64,000 bases of DNA from Candidatus Enterousia sp. (GCA_045612805.1 JAZKZR010000010.1:67136-131135), one strand, 5' to 3'. Shown: positions 54,943-64,000, counted from the first letter of the stretch. The notes: generated by a model from the sequence alone, not told the origin. Made by a program: numbers and translations.

Positions 54943-56169
54943 ATGAAATATGACTTACAACAAATGTATTCACATGCATTGGCTCTGCGCGAACCATGGA
55001 TTAAACGTTGGTCTGATGCGCGCCGTTACACTATGCCTACAACCGATGAAGAAATCGCGACACTGTTCGATGGAACAGCGGCGGACGCGGCAGATAATTT
55101 GGCGGCGTGTATGTATTCATTACTAACCCCGCCGGAATCATTGTGGTTGAACCTTATTCCGGAATCCGAAGATTCCCCGGATGCGGCAACGGCGACAATG
55201 GCATTACGTTCGAACCTAAACGAATCAAATTTTTATACAACGGTGCACCAATGTTATCTTGATTTGGTGACGGTTGGAACGGCGTGTCTGTTTATGTCCG
55301 AATCACCAATTGGCGCGGCAAGTGCGTTTAACTTTACCGCGATTCCGATGACGGATATTGCGATTTTGCCGAACGCGGTGTTTCACACGGCAACCATGAC
55401 CGCCCAAGAAGTTGCGCGCCGTTATCCCGAATGGACACCACCACACGCAATCCTTGACGCGATGAAGCAAAATCCGGAATACCAATTGCGCCTTGTTCAG
55501 GCATTGGTTGACACGGAATTCACCGCATGGATAGATGTCGGTGGCAATCTTGAAAACAACATTGTGTCGCGTGGCACATTTGAAACGAACCCATACATCA
55601 TATTCCGCTGGGCCGTGTCCAGTGGTGAACTGTACGGCCGCGGGCCGGTGCTGCGCGCGTTGCCCGATATCAAAACCGCGAACAAGGTCGTCGAACTTGT
55701 CCTAAAAAACGCAACCATCGCGGTCAGTGGCATATGGCAGGCCGACGATGATGGCGTCATAAACCTTGGCAACATAAACCTTACCCCGGGTGCAATTATA
55801 CCCAAAGCGGTGGGCAGTACCGGCCTTACACCACTTGCAACGGGTGCAAATTTTGATGTGTCGCAAATAATTCTAAAAGACCTGCGCGAACGCATCCGCC
55901 ACACAATGCTTGCGGACAGAATCGGCACACTTTCGGACAAAGAAATGACCGCAACGGAAATACTTGCGCGGAATGCGGACATGTTGCGTATATTGGGCGC
56001 GACATATGGACGATTGCTGCACGAATTTATCCGGCCGCTTTGCGACCGCGGATTGCAAATCCTTGCACGGCGCGGGGTAATCGACAAAATATCACTGCAC
56101 AGTGACGCGGAATTAAAATACATTGCCCCGATTGCACAAATGGTCGCGGAAAACGGAACATTGATATAG
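54943..56169 (+). CDS. Phage portal/head-to-tail connector protein (T7 gp8-like), shortened
   Basis: 408 aa. AACMYSLLTPPESLWLNLIPESE / YLDLVTVGTACLFMSE parallel T7 gp8 LASKLMLALFPMQTWMRLTISEYE / LKQLVVAGNVLLYLPE, recalled from memory. RBS aaaggaagaaaaatg. Confidence 0.55.
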   Translation: MKYDLQQMYSHALALREPWIKRWSDARRYTMPTTDEEIATLFDGTAADAADNLAACMYSLLTPPESLWLNLIPESEDSPDAATATMALRSNLNESNFYTTVHQCYLDLVTVGTACLFMSESPIGAASAFNFTAIPMTDIAILPNAVFHTATMTAQEVARRYPEWTPPHAILDAMKQNPEYQLRLVQALVDTEFTAWIDVGGNLENNIVSRGTFETNPYIIFRWAVSSGELYGRGPVLRALPDIKTANKVVELVLKNATIAVSGIWQADDDGVINLGNINLTPGAIIPKAVGSTGLTPLATGANFDVSQIILKDLRERIRHTMLADRIGTLSDKEMTATEILARNADMLRILGATYGRLLHEFIRPLCDRGLQILARRGVIDKISLHSDAELKYIAPIAQMVAENGTLI

Positions 56170-56178
56170 GGGGCGCGT

Positions 56179-56385
56179 ATGGAAAAAATTGCACACGAAT
56201 ACGCCCGCACCTTTGCGGGCGCATCGGGGCGGGCGGTCATTGAACACCTGCGCCGGATAACAATCGAAAGGGTGCTGGGGCCACATGCAACGGACGGCGA
56301 ATTGCGCGCACTGGAAGGTGCGCGCGCGATCGTGCATCAAATTGAAACTTTAATTGAACGGGGGCGCGGCAATGCCAAAATCTAA
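56179..56385 (+). CDS. Small hypothetical phage-module protein (68 aa)
   Basis: Follows the portal gene. No RBS evidence. Low confidence. Confidence 0.3.
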   Translation: MEKIAHEYARTFAGASGRAVIEHLRRITIERVLGPHATDGELRALEGARAIVHQIETLIERGRGNAKI

Positions 56386-56629
56386 TGGATTCGCAAACAT
56401 CATCGACACATTACGCAGTGGTTGGTTCATTATCGCGTTTATTGCGGGCATGATATATTGGGTGGCGCGCCAAGATAACGCCCTGGTCGAACTTGACCGA
56501 TTGACGACACGCATAACGACACTTGAAAATCGCACAACGATTTTGGAAACCGGAATAGGGCAATTGCAATTAAAAATCGACGGCATCAAAGAAGACCTGA
56601 CCCTTATCAAAACCGCAGTGATAAAGTAG
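56372..56629 (+). CDS. Small membrane protein with coiled-coil (85 aa), phage module
   Basis: Start MPKSNGF. One TM helix (WFIIAFIAGMIYWV), then a coiled coil. Confidence 0.35.
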   Translation: MPKSNGFANIIDTLRSGWFIIAFIAGMIYWVARQDNALVELDRLTTRITTLENRTTILETGIGQLQLKIDGIKEDLTLIKTAVIK

Positions 56630-56746
56630 TGTTAGTGGGAAATGCAAGTGGTTAGTGTTAGTGTGTCCTGGAATAACTTCGAGATTACGGATTGATTCCA
56701 GAAGACGACTAACCACTATCCACTAACACTTACCCCTACCCACTAA
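56626..56746. repeat. Palindromic intergenic element family 2 copy marking the right end of the phage-like module
   Basis: agtgttagtgggaaatgcaagtggttagtgttagtg ... cactatccactaacacttacccctacccacta with nested cctggaata...attccagaag. Abuts the yraN stop. Confidence 0.7.
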
Positions 56747-57084
56747 AACGCATTCTTCGTCCAATCGATATGTCGGCCGTGGACAATTATAACATCGAAC
56801 CGTGCGTCGCCCGTCCATCGCCGTTGCAGTAAATATGTTTCCGCCGCCAATCGCAACCGCCGTTGTTGCGCGGGCGTAATTGCGCCCCACGCGGTCATTA
56901 CATCTTTGCGTTTTTTTACTTCAACAAAAATAATCAACTTTCCGCGTTTGGCGATAATATCAATTTCTGCGCGCCCAGTGTTTCGCCCGGTTGTATAACG
57001 CCGATGCAAAATCCTAAACCCGTGCAGAATTAAAAACGCGCACGCAAAAAATTCTGAAAAAATTCCGGTTTTATAAGAATCCAT
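56743..57084 (-). CDS. yraN: YraN family (UPF0102) predicted endonuclease
   Basis: 113 aa. GE..A..FL...G..IL.RN(Y)....GEIDIIA....L.FVEVK.R pattern (GRAEIDIIAKRGKLIIFVEVKKR). Confidence 0.75.
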   Translation of the reverse strand: MDSYKTGIFSEFFACAFLILHGFRILHRRYTTGRNTGRAEIDIIAKRGKLIIFVEVKKRKDVMTAWGAITPAQQRRLRLAAETYLLQRRWTGDARFDVIIVHGRHIDWTKNAF

Positions 57085-57087
57085 ATC

Positions 57088-57885
57088 TTAAAACGCATAC
57101 GGTTTCGCGGCAAAGTTATCTTGGGAATGTTGCGCGTTAAGGGCGCTGTCTTCCGTATGTTTGCCACAATCAATCAATTCCAATTCGCCCGAATACGCCG
57201 TCATCATCGGGTCAAAAGAATTATCCGAACTTGCCCAACGCGAATTACCAGCATTTGGTGCACCGTATTTATCAACAACATTTTGCCACCAATACATTGT
57301 TTTTTTGTCGCGTTGATTTTCGAATTTTTCCGCGTCGCCCTCTATTTCATCTGTGTCATTTCGATATACGATTTTCCACACGACATTATCGGTTGCGTTG
57401 CTTGTGAAAAACACATCAATCGTTTCGCCCGTGACATCCCGCACCAAGTGCAATTCCGACGCATACAAAACCCCACGATTCCGCGCAAGTGAATTTATAC
57501 ATTTTTCCAACGCCGCCGGTGCATAGATTTTCTGTTGCCGGCATTCGTAATCAAGATTATATTTCCAATCCGGGTGTATCGAATACACAACACTATTTTT
57601 CGGCCGTTCGGTATAAAGCCCATCGACGGCGGCGATAAATTTAACCTCGTCAAAATCCATACCCAACATTATCCCCGCAATATCAAAGTCCGCAACCGGC
57701 AACACCGTCGCACCGGCATTCAATGACATCGTATCCAAACTGCACTCAATATCACCCGTATCCGGCGTTTCGATATAGTAATCATCAAAATTGATATTTT
57801 CATCGGCCAATACATCATCAAATTCATCCGCGCGCGCGCAGATTGAAAGCAAACATACAAAAATTCCAACAATAATTTTTTTCAA
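57088..57885 (-). CDS. Secreted hypothetical protein (265 aa) with signal peptide
   Basis: MKKIIVGIFVCLLSICARA signal peptide. Acidic. No domain recognised. Same strand and operon as the VirB8-like genes. Confidence 0.5.
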   Translation of the reverse strand: MKKIIVGIFVCLLSICARADEFDDVLADENINFDDYYIETPDTGDIECSLDTMSLNAGATVLPVADFDIAGIMLGMDFDEVKFIAAVDGLYTERPKNSVVYSIHPDWKYNLDYECRQQKIYAPAALEKCINSLARNRGVLYASELHLVRDVTGETIDVFFTSNATDNVVWKIVYRNDTDEIEGDAEKFENQRDKKTMYWWQNVVDKYGAPNAGNSRWASSDNSFDPMMTAYSGELELIDCGKHTEDSALNAQHSQDNFAAKPYAF

Positions 57886-57887
57886 CT

Positions 57888-58541
57888 TTATTTCTCTTCG
57901 ACCAAGACCCGTTGCACATTGAACACAAACACCAACGCCGGATCAATACCATCTTTTAATGCCCCGTGAACATCGCCTTCGCGGACATTGCCGATACTGT
58001 TTACCCAATCATCATCGCCCAAATCAAGATACATTGTTCCACGCGTTATCTTTGGACTTTCCGACATGTCATTTGGTTTATACCATGTTTTAAGTTCATA
58101 ATCAACCCGCCAATAATTACTTGACGCCGGGCGATAGATTTCATTAAACACCGTCACCGTCCGCCGCGCGCCATTTGCAACCAAACCTTCTATTTCCGGC
58201 AATTCATTTTGCCGCCAATAATCAAACGCCGCCGTCCCCGACATTCGCGCCAGTGTTGACCGCCGCGTTGTCCGTCGCGCAATGTTTTCTTCGTCCGGCA
58301 CGGCATAAAAGTATTCCGTCACATATTTTTGAACAAGCCAATCGCGCAACTTGCGTTTTCCAACCTCGGCCCAGGAATGCGGCATGCCGGGCAAATCGTT
58401 AGATTGAATACTGGTGCGTAAAAAACGCGGTTCAACGGCAAACCGTTCGGACGTATCATAAATCGACGCGGCAACATAAATCGCGCCAAAGACCATAATC
58501 ATGGTCGCAAATCCGAACAAAAATCCAAAAAGTTTCTTCAT
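57888..58541 (-). CDS. Bitopic membrane protein, VirB8/DotI-like (T4SS inner-membrane component), paralog 1
   Basis: 217 aa with an N-terminal TM helix and a periplasmic domain. The C-terminal DPALVFVFNVQ resembles the VirB8 NPxG-LVVTSYQ end motif. Weaker than paralog 2. Confidence 0.4.
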   Translation of the reverse strand: MKKLFGFLFGFATMIMVFGAIYVAASIYDTSERFAVEPRFLRTSIQSNDLPGMPHSWAEVGKRKLRDWLVQKYVTEYFYAVPDEENIARRTTRRSTLARMSGTAAFDYWRQNELPEIEGLVANGARRTVTVFNEIYRPASSNYWRVDYELKTWYKPNDMSESPKITRGTMYLDLGDDDWVNSIGNVREGDVHGALKDGIDPALVFVFNVQRVLVEEK

Positions 58542-59239
58542 TACTGTTCCCTGAACGCGTTAAATTCCGTCACATAAAACCCAAGTGTTTGCGGATACCG
58601 TTCCACATCACGCGCGATTTTTACATACGCAATCACATCAAAATCGCCGTTCAAATTCGACCGCACCGACGTCCGCACGACCCAGGTTCCGCCATCTTTG
58701 GTTATTTCACCACTGGGCATAACACTAATTTTTTTCGTATCAACATACCAACGTTGCCCCATAGATTCATACGACCGATACATCGGCAAAACCTTTTCGG
58801 TAAAGGAATGAAACATATTGTCGCCCGCCATACAATATAAATCGCAACCGGCATCCGATTCAAAAGTGTTGCTTATGCGGTCGGCACAATCGGCACCCCG
58901 ATTACACGTCGCCCAATTTTTTGCATTCAATGTCGGGTTATCGGAAATAGTGAACCATTTTTTCGTAAAAATCCCGGCCAATGCACGCTGGGCGGAATCA
59001 TAATACGGCACAACGATATTCGGCCGAACCTGGCCCACCAATTGCCAATTCCCGCGCATACCATCAACATAAATCACATACGGACTAACGGTGCGACTGT
59101 TTTGCAACCACGGTATCGCAACACAGCATGCGATGGTCAAAAAGAACGCAACCATCACCCACACACCAAACGTGCGGGAAATCGCAATCCGTTTCCCTGC
59201 GGGAAATGCGGGCGTATCAAAATCTTCTGGGTAATCCAA
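58541..59239 (-). CDS. Bitopic membrane protein, VirB8-like (T4SS component), paralog 2
   Basis: 232 aa. Cytoplasmic N-terminus, a TM helix, then PYVIYVDGMRG (compare VirB8 PVYLWIRPDGT), GTWVVRTSVR (compare TWTATVRYE) and C-terminal YPQTLGFYVTEF (compare NPGGLVVTSY). Comparisons are to A. tumefaciens VirB8 recalled from memory. Confidence 0.5.
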   Translation of the reverse strand: MDYPEDFDTPAFPAGKRIAISRTFGVWVMVAFFLTIACCVAIPWLQNSRTVSPYVIYVDGMRGNWQLVGQVRPNIVVPYYDSAQRALAGIFTKKWFTISDNPTLNAKNWATCNRGADCADRISNTFESDAGCDLYCMAGDNMFHSFTEKVLPMYRSYESMGQRWYVDTKKISVMPSGEITKDGGTWVVRTSVRSNLNGDFDVIAYVKIARDVERYPQTLGFYVTEFNAFREQ

Positions 59240-59267
59240 AATTCCCCCCTACGCGGTGCCGCGCCGA

Positions 59268-59414
59268 CTATGCGCGATAAACCATAATGCATGCGCACGG
59301 ACTAAGTTTCAATTCGTTTGTGTCATATCCAATTCCAACCGGTTCGCGGTCATAAATCTGGCCACAGCCGGCAAGCGTCAGTCCCAAAAACATGGCAAGT
59401 ATAAACTTTTTCAT
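59268..59414 (-). CDS. Small lipoprotein (about 48 aa), VirB7-like position
   Basis: RBS aagggggaaagtgatg. MKKFILAMFLGLTLAGCGQ lipobox. Immediately upstream of the VirB8-like genes. Confidence 0.4.
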   Translation of the reverse strand: MKKFILAMFLGLTLAGCGQIYDREPVGIGYDTNELKLSPCACIMVYRA

Positions 59415-59486
59415 CACTTTCCCCCTTTGCTTTTTTTGATTATAAAAAAATCTTCCGCCCCCGGTCAAGTGTAAATAAAAGGTAAG

Positions 59487-61745
59487 TTAAAACTGGGTTT
59501 CAAACGAAAGCAAGAAACGGCGTTCGCGGTCATGCGGACCGGTTTTTAGTGGCCAACCCCAACTGAAATTCATCGGCCCCATCGGCGTGTTCCAATATAT
59601 ACCAAACCCCGCAGATGTACGCCAACCACTTTCGATATAATTCGGTTGCCCAAGGTAAGTGTCTTCACGCGCGGGCGGTTTGCCAAGTATACCGTAATCC
59701 ATAAACACAAAACCCTTTATCTGGTATTCATCGGGGATAAATATCGGGAAATTCAGTTGCGTTGAACCATTTGCCTTCCACATACCGCCCAATGAATATG
59801 ACGGATATGCCCAATTACGACTGCCCACGCCGGCAACATCAAACCCGCGCAATGATTCACCACCCAAAAAGTACCGATACACACGCGGCACATAATCGCC
59901 ACCAATCGTTTGAATATAACCAAATTCTAATGAAGAACGTAACTGCCACCGGTCGTCCCAAAAATTCACCATTCCAATCACGTCGGCATTATACCGGAAA
60001 AATTCTTCCGTTCCGCCAAACCCGGTATACGCAACGCCGATATTTCCAACAACCCCGGTGTGGGTGTTTTGTTCAAAATTCGTATTCAAATTATGATACT
60101 TAAAATATGTCCCAAGGGTATACAGCGTCGCATCGCGCCACCCGCCTTCTTGCAAATCATAGTTTTGATCAAATGCCGCCGAAAGGCGTAAAATCTGGGT
60201 CCAATGGTCGGTCAGTTGCCACCCAAGCCGCCCCGCAATGGTAAGTGAATCGCGGTCATACCCAAAACCACCAAGTTTTTTATAGTTATACATTGTGTAC
60301 GACACATCAAACCCCGCCGATAGCGCGCGCCCAAACAGGAACGGTTCGGTAAAACTGAACAACGCTTGCTTTTGATATTGGGCGATTGAACCGCGTAATT
60401 GCACCGTTTGACCGCGTCCCATAAAGTTATTTTCCGTAATACCCGCATCAACCATAAACCCGTTTATATTCGACCAACCAAACCCGCCCGACAATTCGCC
60501 CGTCGGTTGTTCTTCGACCTTGATATCCAAATTCATCATATTCGCATCGGGAATACGACTTGGCACCATTTGAACATCTTTGAAATAACGCGTACGCATC
60601 AAACGTTGCCGACCCTGTTCAATTGTTTGCAACGAAAACGGGTCACCCGCGCGCATCGGAATCAATTGATTTATCACGGAATCAAACGTCCGCACATTGC
60701 CAAGTATATTGATAGAATTCAAATAAATTCGATTTGTTTTTTGAATTTTGAATTTCAAATCAATCGTGCGCGTGTCATCGTTTTTCTGTGGAATCGGGTC
60801 AACACTTATGAATGCATAGCCATAGTCCGCAACCGCACCACGAAGGGCGGAAATTGTTGCTTCGACATCGTCAACATTATACGTGTCGCCGGTGGAAATT
60901 TTCATAACATCAAACAGTTCTGCATCCGTGACATCCGAAAAAGGATTATCCAATTCAACCTTGCCAATCTTGTATTTTTCACCTTCGTCCACATTGAAAA
61001 CCACAGAATAAAATTGTCGGTCGGGCGTAAATGTTCCCTTGGCACTTTTAACCTGAAAATCGACATACCCATTACGCAAATAAAATTGACGCAGCATTTG
61101 TTGATCGTATTGAATTCTATCTTCGTCATACACATCAAATTGCGACATAAAACGCCACCACGCGTGTTCGCGCGAAAGAATTTCCCCGCGCAATGTCCGG
61201 TCACTAAACCGTTCGTTGCCTTCGAATTCAATCGATTCAATGTATGTCGGATGCCCTTCGGTAATTTCATAGACAACATTCACGCGGTTGTCGTCTAACA
61301 AGATTTTTTTTGGTTCAACCTTTGTGCCGAAAAAACCCTTGCGCTGGTAAACCGTAAGGATGCGACCAACATCCGCACCAACGACCGATTCATCAAACGC
61401 CGCGCGTTCGGCAAGTTTAATTTCCTTTTTCAAATCATCGGTTGAAACATCATCGTTCCCTTCGACCGTGACCATATTCACAATTGGGGCCTCGGTCACG
61501 CGGATTTGAAGCACATCGCCGACATTTTGCACGGATACCTTGGAAAAATATCCGCTTTCTTGCAATTTTTTTGCAATTTGGTTTGCGCGTTCCACGCCCA
61601 CATTTTCGCCGCGTTTAACATCCGCCAGAATTCGAACAGATTCCGCATCCATACGTTTATTGCCCATAACATCGATGCGCGAAATACCCGCGTGCGCCAC
61701 GCCCATCACAAACAAAGCCAAACAAAAAATAATCTTTTTCATCAT
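59487..61745 (-). CDS. bamA: Outer membrane protein assembly factor BamA
   Basis: 752 aa. Signal peptide, POTRA repeats, and a C-terminal 16-strand barrel ending ...LSFETQF. Confidence 0.9.
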   Translation of the reverse strand: MMKKIIFCLALFVMGVAHAGISRIDVMGNKRMDAESVRILADVKRGENVGVERANQIAKKLQESGYFSKVSVQNVGDVLQIRVTEAPIVNMVTVEGNDDVSTDDLKKEIKLAERAAFDESVVGADVGRILTVYQRKGFFGTKVEPKKILLDDNRVNVVYEITEGHPTYIESIEFEGNERFSDRTLRGEILSREHAWWRFMSQFDVYDEDRIQYDQQMLRQFYLRNGYVDFQVKSAKGTFTPDRQFYSVVFNVDEGEKYKIGKVELDNPFSDVTDAELFDVMKISTGDTYNVDDVEATISALRGAVADYGYAFISVDPIPQKNDDTRTIDLKFKIQKTNRIYLNSINILGNVRTFDSVINQLIPMRAGDPFSLQTIEQGRQRLMRTRYFKDVQMVPSRIPDANMMNLDIKVEEQPTGELSGGFGWSNINGFMVDAGITENNFMGRGQTVQLRGSIAQYQKQALFSFTEPFLFGRALSAGFDVSYTMYNYKKLGGFGYDRDSLTIAGRLGWQLTDHWTQILRLSAAFDQNYDLQEGGWRDATLYTLGTYFKYHNLNTNFEQNTHTGVVGNIGVAYTGFGGTEEFFRYNADVIGMVNFWDDRWQLRSSLEFGYIQTIGGDYVPRVYRYFLGGESLRGFDVAGVGSRNWAYPSYSLGGMWKANGSTQLNFPIFIPDEYQIKGFVFMDYGILGKPPAREDTYLGQPNYIESGWRTSAGFGIYWNTPMGPMNFSWGWPLKTGPHDRERRFLLSFETQF

Positions 61746-62797
61746 AACCCAAACACCCGCGCTATATCATTCCACATGGTCAGCATGAATACAAAACCCA
61801 AAAAAATCCAACCGCACACGATTACGATTTCCATACCCTTACCACCTAATTTTTTGCGTGTCACCGCTTCGATAAGTAATATCAGCAAATAACCGCCGTC
61901 CAACACCGGCAACGGAAGCAAGTTTATCACACCCAAATTCACCGACAACAACGCAATAATGGACAGCAAAGCAAAGAATCCCGCCGCCAATGCCTGGCCA
62001 GATACTTGGGCAATGGTGATAAATGAACCCAATTGTTTCGAAGACCGATCGCCGGTTATGATTTGTTTTAACACAACAACCAATGTTCGCGATTGATAAT
62101 ATGTTTCGCGCGCGCCGGCATATAACGCCCCAAAGAACCCCTTTTTACGAAGTTCGGTTTTTGAACCGTCCGCAACCAGGCCCCACCGCGCCGCCGGCGA
62201 CAACTTTACATTTACGATTTCACCGTCGCGCATAATCACAACATCCGCATCGTGTGTGCCGGCCAATTCCTTGGCAATAACCAATTCGCCCCAGTTTGTA
62301 ATTTCCGCATCATCTATTTTGACTATTGTATCGCCCGGTTTAACGCCGGCATTGAATGCGACACTTTCCTGAATAACCTGACCAACCACGGGTAATTGCA
62401 CATCGCGCGGTTTGAACATAAATATCGCAGAATAAATTGCCCATGCCAAAACAAAGTTCATAAACACGCCCGCACCGATAATAATCATTTGCTTCCACGC
62501 CGGCGCCGACAGGTAATGCCCAACCTTTTTTGCCTTTGGTAAATCATTGTATTTTTTACGATTGAACATATCTTCTTGACCATAAATGGAAACATATCCA
62601 CCAAGGGGCAAACATGCAATTTTCCACACGGTGCCCCGTTTGTCGTGCCATTTTATAATCGCGGGGCCAAATCCAATAGAAAACGCATCAACGCGTACGC
62701 CGGCCCATCGCGCCGCTAAAAAATGCCCAAGTTCGTGAATAAACACCACGACCCCAAGGACAATCAATAATGCAATAATCGTTGTTATCGTATGCAT
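61742..62797 (-). CDS. rseP: RIP metalloprotease RseP (site-2 protease)
   Basis: HELGH zinc motif in TM1, a PDZ domain, and the LDGG motif (NLLPLPVLDGG). Confidence 0.85.
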   Translation of the reverse strand: MHTITTIIALLIVLGVVVFIHELGHFLAARWAGVRVDAFSIGFGPAIIKWHDKRGTVWKIACLPLGGYVSIYGQEDMFNRKKYNDLPKAKKVGHYLSAPAWKQMIIIGAGVFMNFVLAWAIYSAIFMFKPRDVQLPVVGQVIQESVAFNAGVKPGDTIVKIDDAEITNWGELVIAKELAGTHDADVVIMRDGEIVNVKLSPAARWGLVADGSKTELRKKGFFGALYAGARETYYQSRTLVVVLKQIITGDRSSKQLGSFITIAQVSGQALAAGFFALLSIIALLSVNLGVINLLPLPVLDGGYLLILLIEAVTRKKLGGKGMEIVIVCGWIFLGFVFMLTMWNDIARVFGL

Positions 62798-62812
62798 TTT
62801 CTTTTTTCCCCC

Positions 62813-63463
62813 CTACGCAAGTATCATCCAAATCAGTGGCAACACATAAATCCAACCATCTGTGCGGTCGATAATTCCACCATGCGCGCCAAGGACATGA
62901 CTAAAATCTTTTATCTTTAACCGGCGTTTAACAAAACTTGCGGTCAAATCGCCATATTGCGACAGCAACGAAATACTAATTCCAATCCAGAGCAATTGTG
63001 GCGCAAACGCACCAAGTGTCAAATATCCATACAGAACCGCAACCGCCGTTCCGCCAATAACACCGAAAATTTGCCCGGCCCACGTTTTATGTTCCGAAAT
63101 TCGTTCCCAAAGTTTATCGCCACCAATTATACGCCCAAACAGCCACGCGCAAACATCCGCCGCACATATCACACACAGCACAAACAACAATAACATCGGC
63201 CGATGTCCAAGTGTCAAAAGCGAAACAAAATCAACCCCCAACAGACCAAGGAAAATTCCGAATAAAACAAGATTTTTTACATTGAACATAATCGCACGTG
63301 GCGCATTCCAAAGGCAATACGCAAATTCGCCAATCATCGCCAAACCCACGATGATACAAAGCCAATAAACACCGTGAATCCCCAAAAATTCCAACCATGC
63401 GGCGGCACCGATAACGAACGCCAAACCGGCCGCGACCAAAATCCTGTTCATTGTATCCGACAT
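62813..63463 (-). CDS. cdsA: Phosphatidate cytidylyltransferase
   Basis: C-terminal signature SQYGDLTASFVKRRLKIKDFSHVLGAHGGIIDRTDG. Multi-TM. Confidence 0.8.
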   Translation of the reverse strand: MSDTMNRILVAAGLAFVIGAAAWLEFLGIHGVYWLCIIVGLAMIGEFAYCLWNAPRAIMFNVKNLVLFGIFLGLLGVDFVSLLTLGHRPMLLLFVLCVICAADVCAWLFGRIIGGDKLWERISEHKTWAGQIFGVIGGTAVAVLYGYLTLGAFAPQLLWIGISISLLSQYGDLTASFVKRRLKIKDFSHVLGAHGGIIDRTDGWIYVLPLIWMILA

Positions 63464-63466
63464 TTT

Positions 63467-64000
63467 TTATTTATCCTTTTTCCCAGAATAATTTGCTTTC
63501 TTGCCACCACCAAACCGACGATTGCGCTTGGCATATTCGTCCAAAACAAATTGCCAAAGTTTTTCGGACTTTACCAAATCCGGCCAATGTTGTGGCACGA
63601 ACAGTAATTCCGCATACGCCAATTTCCATAGCAAGAAATTCGAAATCCTAAATTCATTACTTGTTCGCACCATCAAATCAATAGGTAACAAATCCCCCGT
63701 ATCAAGGAATGTTTCAAATGTTTCACGTGTGACCGGCGCGCCCGCATCAATCGCGGCATTTACGGCGTTCACAATTTCATCTTGCCCGCCATAGTTCAGT
63801 GCGAACACAACCGTGCCACCGGTGTTTTCTGCAGATTTTTCTTCCAATTCGTCGCACATTTTTGCCAATTTTTTGGGAAGTCTATCGCGCGTCCCAATCA
63901 CCCGATAACGCAGATTTTTTTCCAATGCGTGTTTCAAATTCTTTTCCAATTCGGTATAAAACAGGTCCATAAGGAAATTCACTTCTTCTTCGGACCGGTT
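63467..64000 (-). CDS. uppS: Isoprenyl transferase (undecaprenyl diphosphate synthase); partial, N-terminus beyond window end
   Basis: The reading frame stays open through position 64000 (...NRSEEEVNFLMDLF...), matching the UppS STENW..P..EV..LM.LF region. The track 'M' at 63982 is a GTG inside the gene. The RSNEFRISNFLLWQ signature is present. Confidence 0.85.
   Translation of the reverse strand, partial: NRSEEEVNFLMDLFYTELEKNLKHALEKNLRYRVIGTRDRLPKKLAKMCDELEEKSAENTGGTVVFALNYGGQDEIVNAVNAAIDAGAPVTRETFETFLDTGDLLPIDLMVRTSNEFRISNFLLWKLAYAELLFVPQHWPDLVKSEKLWQFVLDEYAKRNRRFGGGKKANYSGKKDK

Noticed and set aside
1-64000. CRISPR arrays or cas genes
   Set aside because: No direct-repeat/spacer periodicity was seen. 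The only short tandem repeats are the codon-level KKPAAKK repeats inside the H1-like gene and the palindromic elements.

Overview
This is a 64-kb chromosomal window from a Gram-negative bacterium, probably an alphaproteobacterium with a host-associated or intracellular lifestyle. That inference rests on gene content: lpxI, LexA-like HTH proteins, scattered T4SS genes and dense intergenic palindromic repeats. The housekeeping backbone comprises a U32 peptidase (partial), tRNA-Thr, cvpA, a DsbA-like oxidoreductase, Fe-SOD, ldh, ackA, tRNA-Lys, an MsbA-like ABC exporter, tRNA-Ser, gap, miaA, priA, lpxI, two OMP beta-barrels, an RlmD-like methyltransferase, birA, yraN, and bamA-rseP-cdsA-uppS (uppS partial). 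Four accessory systems interrupt it. First, a ~13-kb aryl-polyene (APE)-like type II PKS/FAS lipid biosynthesis cluster (15228-28312), organised as two divergent operons with two unusual gene fusions (GT2-TM-LolA-like; adenylase-dehydratase) and no thioesterase or methyltransferase. Second, a degraded T7-like podophage structural module (45058-56629: scaffold, capsid, gp11, gp12, terminase, portal). Its large terminase gene is split by a ~3.4-kb block carrying a complete dnaB and a CI-like regulator, and a histone-H1-like KKPAAKK-repeat gene sits between the scaffold and capsid genes. Third, dispersed type IV secretion parts (VirB11-like ATPase; VirB7-like lipoprotein plus two VirB8-like paralogs next to bamA) and several large lineage-specific secreted or candidate-effector proteins. 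Fourth, two families of palindromic/MITE-like intergenic repeats (three copies each), plus a tRNA-Lys 3'-end duplication suggesting an integration scar. The ORF track omits edge-truncated ORFs and reports alternative start codons (GTG/TTG) as 'M'. Both were taken into account.
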